A DNA stretch of 24,066 nucleotides from a virus (Duplodnaviria; Caudoviricetes). Both the position numbers and the translations under genes were made by a program. Shown here piece after piece: positions 16,472-24,066 of this stretch (within the stretch, counting starts at the first letter, position 1; each line of letters starts with the position of its first letter). The stretch covers positions 1 through 24,066 of IMG/VR virus record IMGVR_UViG_3300030095_005213; one strand, written 5' to 3'. The notes under the pieces are model-generated. The model was not told the DNA's origin. It ran no database searches and saw only the letters and a program-made list of their open reading frames with translations.

Positions 16472-18688
16472 ATGTCCCAATTAAAAATAATACTACAAAA
16501 TAAACCTAAAGAGGGTGATTTGAGTCAATATAATTTTGATGTTAATTCAACTAACTTTAATTATTTAAATTCAACAAGTTTACCTGAAAACAATGATAAG
16601 TTTCAAAACAAAGATTTATTTACAAACGCTGTTGGAAATAAAATAAATGAAGATATAATTGAAAGAAATTTAAAATTTGAAGGTGACCCATCAATAATTA
16701 TTGAAAATTTATATATTTCAAATGCAGGTGTTGGTGGTACTGTTAAGAATAATAAAGTAATTGTATATATGTTTTCTCAAGAAGCTTATGGTGGTGACCC
16801 AACACTTGATGGATATGGTGCTATAAAATCAAAATTAGAATCTAATACTGAGTGGATTATTTACAATGAAGGATTTGGAAATAAATCAGAGGGTTCAGAT
16901 ATTGGAAACATTGATGCATTAGAAGGAGTTGAAATTGTTTCAAATTTTAGCACTGACTCAGGTAACATTTCAATTGGTGATATTCCAGGTAGACAATTAA
17001 ACATTGATGAAAATGTAGATGATGAGCGTATTCCAAGTAAAATAAAAGCTTTTAAATTATCAAGCGTAACTACAGCAGACGATATAGATAATTTAAAAAC
17101 ATCATTATTTGATGAAGCTAATCCAAATCCAATTTATATTGTTGTTTTTACAAAAGGTGATAAAAAAGTAGCATGGCCACTTAATACAGATAGTAGAAAA
17201 AAGAAATATTCTGTATTTAAAATTAGTAATTATGATTTGTTTACAAAAGTATCAACTAATTTTGTAGGTACAAATTATTTAGTAAACTTTCCATCATCAA
17301 CCATAACTAGAACTGGTGAGGGTGGAGGTGGAGCTACAAAATCAGCTTGGAAAGTTTCTTCTTTACAAATTAGAATCAATACATTACCTGGTCAACTTAA
17401 TAATATTTCAGATATTTCAACTTATCAAAATTCAATTCAACAAATGTTACCAAAAACTCCAATAAATGAAAATTCTTTTAATAGTGTTGAATGGTTAGGA
17501 ACTTTAAACCCAAAAAATCAACTTGATAATACAGAAGAGGTTGGTGATTCAGCTGTAAGTGTTAGACATCCAGATTTTATACCTCTTACTACTTTTGGTT
17601 ACGTTAATAATAACACGATACCTATAAACTATGAAGATTTACAAACATATCATACAGATTTTAATAAAATTACAAAAGCATCAGTTCCTTTAAATGTTGG
17701 GATTAATTTTGACGTTAGAGACCTGACAAATACAAATATAGTAACCGAGAACAGGCGTTTTTATTACTTAGTATTGGATTGGAATGATATTGATAATAGA
17801 TTACAAACAATTGATGATTTTTTACAATCAAAACCAGAAAATCAAATTGAATATTTAAATTTACAAAATCAAAATCTTTATAAAGTAAATCAAGTTGGTT
17901 TTTCCATGGTATCTAATTTATACACAACACCTGGTATTAAAAATATTAAAATATTAATGTTTAGTGTAGCGGTACATAATAATGAAGGTGGCGAAGAATA
18001 TGGTCAATTTGAAGTAGGTAGGTGGAAACTTATCACATCAAGAATTTATTTAGACATACCACCAAATCAATATCCTGACTTTAATGACGTTGGTGGAAGT
18101 GATTACACAACAATACCTTGGCCCTACACGACTGTTGTGATTGGTGGAGTTGACAACGATTCAAAATATAAAACAAGTGTTCAAAATACTTTAAGTAGTG
18201 GTAATGTAGGTGAAGACAGCTTAGACATTCTTGATGAAAAATTTTTAGTTAATGATATTGAAAATACTGAATTAGGACAAACAATAAAATCAATGGATTT
18301 AGAACAATGTAGATATTTTAACAAATATTATGGAATTAATGATTTACTTAATATAAATGTCAATACTAATGATGGTTTTAGACCATATAATTATAGAGAT
18401 GATGAATTTATATGGGATGGAGAAACAAATAAATATTCTGAAGAAACTTCTGTCGGACAGATATTTATAGGTGATAACTTAGATTTAGATTTAAAACAAA
18501 GTTGTAAATTAGAATTAAATACAGGACGATTATCAGGTAAAACCATTTTAGATACAAGTGGTAATTCAAATAAAGGTATATTAATTGGTGATTACAAAGT
18601 TAAAAAAAAGAGAAAAGGTGAACCAATGAGAAGAGATTCATTTATAAAAGTTCCTAAAAAAACAAGTAATAGAAGAGGAGCATTGTAA
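16472..18688 (+). CDS. Structural protein whose C-terminal half is paralogous to the C-terminal part of the preceding 1796-aa protein
   Basis: Collinear shared motifs (see findings). Degenerate PKD-like LDWND...YTTPGIKNI. GGAG RBS at 16458-16461. Confidence 0.7.
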   Translation: MSQLKIILQNKPKEGDLSQYNFDVNSTNFNYLNSTSLPENNDKFQNKDLFTNAVGNKINEDIIERNLKFEGDPSIIIENLYISNAGVGGTVKNNKVIVYMFSQEAYGGDPTLDGYGAIKSKLESNTEWIIYNEGFGNKSEGSDIGNIDALEGVEIVSNFSTDSGNISIGDIPGRQLNIDENVDDERIPSKIKAFKLSSVTTADDIDNLKTSLFDEANPNPIYIVVFTKGDKKVAWPLNTDSRKKKYSVFKISNYDLFTKVSTNFVGTNYLVNFPSSTITRTGEGGGGATKSAWKVSSLQIRINTLPGQLNNISDISTYQNSIQQMLPKTPINENSFNSVEWLGTLNPKNQLDNTEEVGDSAVSVRHPDFIPLTTFGYVNNNTIPINYEDLQTYHTDFNKITKASVPLNVGINFDVRDLTNTNIVTENRRFYYLVLDWNDIDNRLQTIDDFLQSKPENQIEYLNLQNQNLYKVNQVGFSMVSNLYTTPGIKNIKILMFSVAVHNNEGGEEYGQFEVGRWKLITSRIYLDIPPNQYPDFNDVGGSDYTTIPWPYTTVVIGGVDNDSKYKTSVQNTLSSGNVGEDSLDILDEKFLVNDIENTELGQTIKSMDLEQCRYFNKYYGINDLLNINVNTNDGFRPYNYRDDEFIWDGETNKYSEETSVGQIFIGDNLDLDLKQSCKLELNTGRLSGKTILDTSGNSNKGILIGDYKVKKKRKGEPMRRDSFIKVPKKTSNRRGAL

Positions 18689-21600
18689 TGCCTGATTTTG
18701 AATTTGAATTTAATCAACAAGATAAAGATTTAGTTTTAACACAAACTGAAGGTACTTTTACTAATAGTGATTATATTCGATTAACCATATATCCAACAGA
18801 GGCACCTAATAATATAGTTGACTTACCAAACAGTGAAAAAGGTATTGATGGTAAGGCTATATTTTTTTCTACATTAGCTGATACTAAAACAATCGATATC
18901 TCACCATTTGGTGATGTTAATCCAAGTAAAATAATTGGTGTTGTTGAGTTACTTCCTGAAAGGTCTAATGATTTTAAAATATACAAAAATGGTGAAGATG
19001 TTTTTATAAAACCAAATGAAATATTTGATGAATTTGAATTACCTGAAGGAAATTATAGAATACAAATTGACTTTTTACAACAAGTTAAACCAACATATGG
19101 CGGAAACCCTATAGCTGATACTGATGATGTAGAGGGTGACACAGGTGGTGATGTAGAAATACAACAACAACTTTATGATTTTATTATAAAACAAATTTCA
19201 ACCTCAAGAAAAGAGGTACGACTAAAAATATTAAATGTAAATCTTACACAAAATTCTCAGATAATTTTTAATCTAACCAATGAATTTAATAATTTTGAAC
19301 CAGAAACAATAATTGATAATGACGAAAATTCATTAACATTTGGTCAACAAATACCTAATCCTAACTTTAAATATCAATTTAAACATGTGCTGAACTTTGG
19401 AACAGGTGACCATAATCCAATAATGAATTATGCATTTGATACAGTAACAGATGGCAGAGATAATCAATCTATAATATTAAAATTATATGAACCATTACCA
19501 ACTAATATTAGTAATTTAAAACGTGTAACAATTGAAAGAGAAGTTTTAACCACACAAACTCAAGAAATATTTTATTTTTCTGATGTACCTGATGTATTTT
19601 TTGGTGATGGATTAGTACCTGATACATCTGAAAATTGGATAAATCCAGATGATAACCAACATGGTTTTCAAAGTTTTGATGAAATAACTATTTCTCAATC
19701 TATAGGTGATATTGAGGTTGATGGGTTAATATCATCAAGTAAATATAATTATCCTAATTTAAATACAGATTTTATTGAATTTTCAAATCATACATTTTTT
19801 GGTTCTGCTAAAAAGAAGTTACAAAATTTTAAAACAAAAGTAGAAACCATTCAAGGGCACTACTCTGAAATATCAGGTACACTTTCTGTATCAAGTTCAA
19901 TTACAGGTGATTTACCTTTTATTATTCAAAAAAGAAAAGATTTATTTACAAAAATAAATAATGAGTTTAAAACATTTTCACCATATGAAAGATTTTTATA
20001 CTTTGATGCACAAAGTGATTCGACCGCATCAGCACCAAGTTTAAAAAATTATGCTGATATTATACCTGTACATCAAGATGGTAAACAGGTAAATCATGTA
20101 GATGGTTTTAAAACATCATATGAATTTTCATCGGCTACAATTTCAACAGGTGAATTTGCAAACATCGATTTATTTACTGATAAGTATTTAGTTCAAAATA
20201 AACCATTTTTTAATTATAGTAGTTCAATTTATTTATCATTTTTAATGAAAGGTAATAGTGGTAGTGCTTTAACTTGGGAGAATAGAAATAAAAATCAAAG
20301 TCTACCATTTCCAGAAGATACACTTTATCAAAACAATATATTAAATCCTGATATGACAGGAAGTCAATATCAAAGATATGTCTTTCAAGCATCTCAATCA
20401 TATTTTATACCAAACACTACAAATAATGATTTAGCTGATTTAGAATTTGGTGAAGGTGACTTTGATGCTGGTTCAAGTAAAATAACAATACTACATAGTA
20501 GTACGAAAACAGGTTCATATAAAATAAAAGATACTACTAATAAATATCCAACTACAGTGGTAAGTCAAAGTGGTGTTCCGTTTTTTGGTTCTGTGATGCC
20601 AGGTGGTGAATTGTTTAGAATATTTACAAAAAACAATTTATCATCAAGTCTACTTGCTTACTATGATTATCAAGGTGTAACGATTGATGATAATGACTTT
20701 GAAGTATTTGATAGAAGTGGAAACAACAATACTTTGGAATTTGCAGGTCAATCCGGTATTTCAGCAGATGGATTCACATCTGGTTCAATCATAGATGGTG
20801 TTCAAGGTGGTGATGCTTTTGCATTTAAAATAACTGGTAGTGATGATGGTGCTACTGGTAATCCGACTTTAACAACCAATGATTCTACAGCTCCAATTGA
20901 AACCACTCCATTATCAATGTCGGCAGTTGCAGGTGATGCTGTTACTGGTTTCACTATGGCTACTTTTTATCGATATGATGGTACTGGTACAGATAATTCA
21001 ATAATGTCTATAGGTATCTCAACTGGTTCGGCACCATTTAATGAATCAGATGCAGATGGTTGGCATCTTTCAAGAAGAAATACAAATAAAATTCTTGGTC
21101 AAGTAACACGAGAAGGTGTGGACATTACAGGTGAAAATGACGATGATAATGGGTTAAAATCAGGAGCTACTACGATTAATGATGGTAATTTTCATCATGT
21201 AGCATTTACTTATGATAATTTGACTGGTACGGGTTCGATTTATTTTGATGGAGTTTTACAAAAAGAAGGACATTCAACAGGACTAATAACAGGTAGTAAT
21301 CAGATTTATAGATTAGTTGTTAATACTGGAACTGGTGGTGCACATGGTCATGATGATAGTGCATTTGATGAAACAAGATTTTATACAAGAGCGTTAACAC
21401 CTTCTGAAATAAATCAATTGTTTTTACATCCTGATGGTATTACAGAAACAAAAATCACAGATGTAAAAGTAACATTAAAAGACCCAAGTGATGTTTTACC
21501 ATTTGATAATATTTTTAAAACAACATCGACTGAATTTACAAATTGGTACAATACGGCTTTAAGTGAAGCAGAGACTTTTGATACTAACAATATTCATTCA

Positions 21601-24066
21601 TTTGAAAATAATTTACCTGAATATATTCGTGAGAGTTCTGATTATCAAGATATGAAAGATTTCTTAAATCTACAAGGTGAACAATATGATTTAATTAGAA
21701 ATCACATTGATTCATTAGGGACTTTACATAAAAGAGGATATAAACAAACTGATTCTCCACCCGATAATACTTTACCTATGTTATTGTCTAATGTGGGTTA
21801 TAATGCAATAAATCCATTTAGTGGAAGTTTAACCGAAACATTGGGTTCTTATTTAAGTGGTATTACATCAATTGATGATATTAAAAATCAAACTTGGAGA
21901 AAAACACTTAACAATTTAATTTACATTTATAAATCAAAAGGAACAAAAAATTCTGTAAGAGCATTATTAAATGTCTATGGTTATCCACCTGATGTCTTAG
22001 AATTTCAAGAGTTTGGTGGAAATGTATCAACAACTAATAATGTGTTTCTTGATAAACCACCTGCACCTCGTGGTTCTCGAGGTACACCACCAATTGATAC
22101 TGATTTAGTTAATACAACATCAAGTTTTAGTTTTACAACCAATAAAGAAAAAATTTATAGATATATTTTTAATGGTAAACCAGACAGAAGTTTAAATCTT
22201 AATTGGTGGATGAATGATGCTAATATAAATACCATTCAATTTATTTATAAACATGTAAACACCACTAATACACAAACTATTTTAAAATCGAGTGGAAGTG
22301 TTGTTGAAACATTATGGGATTTAAGATTAGTTCCAAGTTCAGATGGTATAAGTTCATCTTTTGAATTTAGATTAAATAATTCACAACAAGCTGATTCAAC
22401 TATTGATTCTAGAGGTTTTTCAATGTCATTGGCTTACGATAAAATGAATGATGGACAATTGTGGAATGTTATGATACAGAGAATGACTGGTTCTTCAGGT
22501 GGTGCTGGAACAATTGAGTACAGATTACATGGTGCATTACAAAATGAAACACAGATTGAAAAATATAATTATGTCACGATGTCAATTAGTGGCGGAATTG
22601 AAGGTGGTTCAACAGATGGTGGTAAAGGATTTTTTGCAAATCAAAACTTCCAATCAAGTGGTTCAAGAGGTATTACAACTTCATCTAATTTAGTGGTTGG
22701 TGAAACAGTTAGTGGTTCTTTAGCTGAAATAAGAGGGTGGTCAACTTCATTAAGTACATCTAAATTTAGACAACATGTTTTAAATAAATTTTCTACTGTT
22801 GGGAATACGTTATCATCTCATTGTCATGATTTGGTTTATCACTTTAAATTAAATGAAAATTATAATAGTTCGTCAATTTCAACAAACAATCAACTATTAT
22901 CAATAGTTGATGCATCTCCAACGATTAATTACACAGATTATTCATTTAATTTAAGTCAAAGTTTTTTTAATAATTCATTTATTTATGGATTTGATTTTAT
23001 AGATGTTAATAGATTAAGTTTACTTGATAATACTTCACAAAAAACGAATGATAATAATATTCTAATAAATCCTACAATTGGAATTAAAGGAAATTTAAAT
23101 TCAAACATTTCTGCAGTAAAATCAATTACACAACAAAATAATAAACCATTATTCAAAACATCTACACGATTGGAAATTTTTAAGTCACCACAAAATTTTA
23201 TTGATAACTTTATTATTGATAAAATAAGTGGATTTAATTTAGAAACATTATATGGAAATCCAACTAATTTTTACTCAGAATCTTATACACAACTTGATAA
23301 TTTTAGAAAAGACTTTTTTGATTGTTATCCAATTCAGTCTGATATTAATACATTTGTTAGGTCACATGAAATTATGTTTAATAATTCAATTGTTGAAGGT
23401 CTACAAACCTTAACACCAGCTAGAAGTACTTTTAGTGAAAACTCAAAATTTGGTGTTGAAATAAAACCAACAATATTAGAAAAACAAAAATATGAAAATG
23501 AACATCATAGTGTTGAAACTAATCCAAATACATTTAGTGCGAGTGTAAGTCCAAGTCCAGATTTATCAACATCTGAATTTGTTCAACCAAAAATAGGTTC
23601 TATTAATGCTAATGTTACAAATGTTTCTACTAATGAATTATCAAAAGATGCATTTATAAATGTTAATGTTACAAATACATCAACTTATGAACAACCTAAA
23701 CAAGGTTCATTTTCACCACTTCCATCTTTAACTGATTCAGCAGTGCCAACTTCAAAAAATGGAACGATTGATTATGCTTCAATAGCAAATGAATCATATG
23801 AAAGTGTTCATGGAGATTGGGGAAGAGCTAATACGAATGTTCATTTTATAAATTACGCAGCTAGGACTGGTTCTGATTTAGGTAGTTTTCCAGGTGTTCA
23901 TAATGATTACAATGTAGCTCATATAGATACTCGATTTAATTTTTACTCAATAGGTGATTCTGAATATTATTCAGCTTCAAAGGGTAACGCTTCTACTTTT
24001 ACAAATATAAATAATTTTTACAATCATTTACAAATTACAGATGGGACTGCTAAAAATGTTTTTTAT
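18688..24066 (+). CDS. Very large baseplate wedge protein, gp7/P2 gpI-like, with LamG domains; 3'-truncated (>1793 aa)
   Basis: Not in the ORF track. The ATG overlaps the upstream TAA (TAATG) with GAGGAG at 18675-18680. I read frame 1 codon by codon to the window end with no stop (MPDFEFEFNQQDKDLV...). Contains WRKTLNNLIYIYKSKGTKNSVRALLNVYG (YKSKGT at 21928-21945), the KGT signature of gp7/gpI-type proteins. Confidence 0.88.
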   Translation, partial: MPDFEFEFNQQDKDLVLTQTEGTFTNSDYIRLTIYPTEAPNNIVDLPNSEKGIDGKAIFFSTLADTKTIDISPFGDVNPSKIIGVVELLPERSNDFKIYKNGEDVFIKPNEIFDEFELPEGNYRIQIDFLQQVKPTYGGNPIADTDDVEGDTGGDVEIQQQLYDFIIKQISTSRKEVRLKILNVNLTQNSQIIFNLTNEFNNFEPETIIDNDENSLTFGQQIPNPNFKYQFKHVLNFGTGDHNPIMNYAFDTVTDGRDNQSIILKLYEPLPTNISNLKRVTIEREVLTTQTQEIFYFSDVPDVFFGDGLVPDTSENWINPDDNQHGFQSFDEITISQSIGDIEVDGLISSSKYNYPNLNTDFIEFSNHTFFGSAKKKLQNFKTKVETIQGHYSEISGTLSVSSSITGDLPFIIQKRKDLFTKINNEFKTFSPYERFLYFDAQSDSTASAPSLKNYADIIPVHQDGKQVNHVDGFKTSYEFSSATISTGEFANIDLFTDKYLVQNKPFFNYSSSIYLSFLMKGNSGSALTWENRNKNQSLPFPEDTLYQNNILNPDMTGSQYQRYVFQASQSYFIPNTTNNDLADLEFGEGDFDAGSSKITILHSSTKTGSYKIKDTTNKYPTTVVSQSGVPFFGSVMPGGELFRIFTKNNLSSSLLAYYDYQGVTIDDNDFEVFDRSGNNNTLEFAGQSGISADGFTSGSIIDGVQGGDAFAFKITGSDDGATGNPTLTTNDSTAPIETTPLSMSAVAGDAVTGFTMATFYRYDGTGTDNSIMSIGISTGSAPFNESDADGWHLSRRNTNKILGQVTREGVDITGENDDDNGLKSGATTINDGNFHHVAFTYDNLTGTGSIYFDGVLQKEGHSTGLITGSNQIYRLVVNTGTGGAHGHDDSAFDETRFYTRALTPSEINQLFLHPDGITETKITDVKVTLKDPSDVLPFDNIFKTTSTEFTNWYNTALSEAETFDTNNIHSFENNLPEYIRESSDYQDMKDFLNLQGEQYDLIRNHIDSLGTLHKRGYKQTDSPPDNTLPMLLSNVGYNAINPFSGSLTETLGSYLSGITSIDDIKNQTWRKTLNNLIYIYKSKGTKNSVRALLNVYGYPPDVLEFQEFGGNVSTTNNVFLDKPPAPRGSRGTPPIDTDLVNTTSSFSFTTNKEKIYRYIFNGKPDRSLNLNWWMNDANINTIQFIYKHVNTTNTQTILKSSGSVVETLWDLRLVPSSDGISSSFEFRLNNSQQADSTIDSRGFSMSLAYDKMNDGQLWNVMIQRMTGSSGGAGTIEYRLHGALQNETQIEKYNYVTMSISGGIEGGSTDGGKGFFANQNFQSSGSRGITTSSNLVVGETVSGSLAEIRGWSTSLSTSKFRQHVLNKFSTVGNTLSSHCHDLVYHFKLNENYNSSSISTNNQLLSIVDASPTINYTDYSFNLSQSFFNNSFIYGFDFIDVNRLSLLDNTSQKTNDNNILINPTIGIKGNLNSNISAVKSITQQNNKPLFKTSTRLEIFKSPQNFIDNFIIDKISGFNLETLYGNPTNFYSESYTQLDNFRKDFFDCYPIQSDINTFVRSHEIMFNNSIVEGLQTLTPARSTFSENSKFGVEIKPTILEKQKYENEHHSVETNPNTFSASVSPSPDLSTSEFVQPKIGSINANVTNVSTNELSKDAFINVNVTNTSTYEQPKQGSFSPLPSLTDSAVPTSKNGTIDYASIANESYESVHGDWGRANTNVHFINYAARTGSDLGSFPGVHNDYNVAHIDTRFNFYSIGDSEYYSASKGNASTFTNINNFYNHLQITDGTAKNVFY
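20650..21423 (+). other. LamG / concanavalin A-like lectin domain within the gp7-like protein
   Basis: LLAYYDY...DRSGNNN...GFTMATFYR...INDGNFHHVAFTYD....SIYFDG...FDETRFYTRALTPSEINQLF is a complete LamG motif set. Confidence 0.88.
23563..23772 (+). repeat. Degenerate ~18-aa (54-nt) tandem repeat, about four copies
   Basis: QPKIGSI, LSKDAFI, QPKQGSF and TSKNGTI have Lys codons at 23590, 23644, 23698 and 23755. DNA AATGCTAATGTTACAAAT (23605) and AATGTTAATGTTACAAAT (23659) are 54 nt apart. Confidence 0.65.

Larger units (their letters stand above)
1..24066 (+). mobile_element. Segment of a large myovirus-type bacteriophage genome (late sigma factor plus baseplate module)
   Basis: Co-oriented, abutting or overlapping genes with recognisable gp25-, gp6-, gp5- and gp7-like baseplate motifs and a gp55-like sigma factor. 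No cellular housekeeping genes, integrase or att site visible. Confidence 0.92.

Noticed and set aside
5299-22693. Remaining short track ORFs (5299-5547, 6466-6666, 7180-7572, 12391-12600, 14173-14370, 15103-15378, 18771-18986, 20210-20401, 22499-22693)
   Set aside because: All lie wholly inside long, motif-supported plus-strand genes and have no recognisable features; they are best explained as shadow ORFs.
2924-24066. Bacterial contractile injection system (eCIS, tailocin or T6SS) instead of a phage
   Set aside because: The linked gp55-like sigma, T4-style long gp6 and absence of eCIS ATPase or T6SS membrane-complex genes favour a phage. Capsid genes are not in the window, so this is not formally excluded.
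11079-24066. Diversity-generating retroelement acting on the adhesin-like genes
   Set aside because: No reverse transcriptase gene and no near-identical template/variable repeat pair with adenine-specific mismatches seen; the repeats are similar mainly at protein level.
1-24066. Genome-wide stop-codon reassignment, CRISPR array, tRNA or other structured RNA genes
   Set aside because: The standard code gives near-complete coding density with multi-kb ORFs. The largest intergenic gap is 94 nt (2425-2518) and is accounted for by the terminator, candidate promoter and RBS.

Overview
Very AT-rich, gene-dense segment of a large contractile-tailed (myovirus-type, distantly T4-like) phage genome. 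All credible genes are on the + strand and read in the standard code. There are two blocks. Block 1 (<1-2424) holds a DruA/DUF4338-like gene cut by the window edge, an HD-domain phosphohydrolase, a small single-TM protein and a gp55-like viral sigma factor, closed by an intrinsic terminator. Block 2 (2519->24066) is a tightly coupled late structural operon behind a candidate TATTTATA promoter. It contains a gp5/gpV-like spike, gp25, gp6 with a ~200-aa insertion, a DNRLRE-like beta protein, three acidic modular proteins (570, 1796, 738 aa) and a >1793-aa gp7/gpI-like protein with LamG domains; this last ORF is absent from the supplied track because it has no stop in the window. Best signals: near-total GATC avoidance (one site found, in the DruA-like gene); a DruA-like homolog next to an HD hydrolase in a phage; two tandem paralogs sharing a C-terminal scaffold with inserted EF-hand-like and CBM-like modules; and uneven [S/T]GS tripeptide enrichment. 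All family calls come from motif recognition by eye, and all counts are manual.
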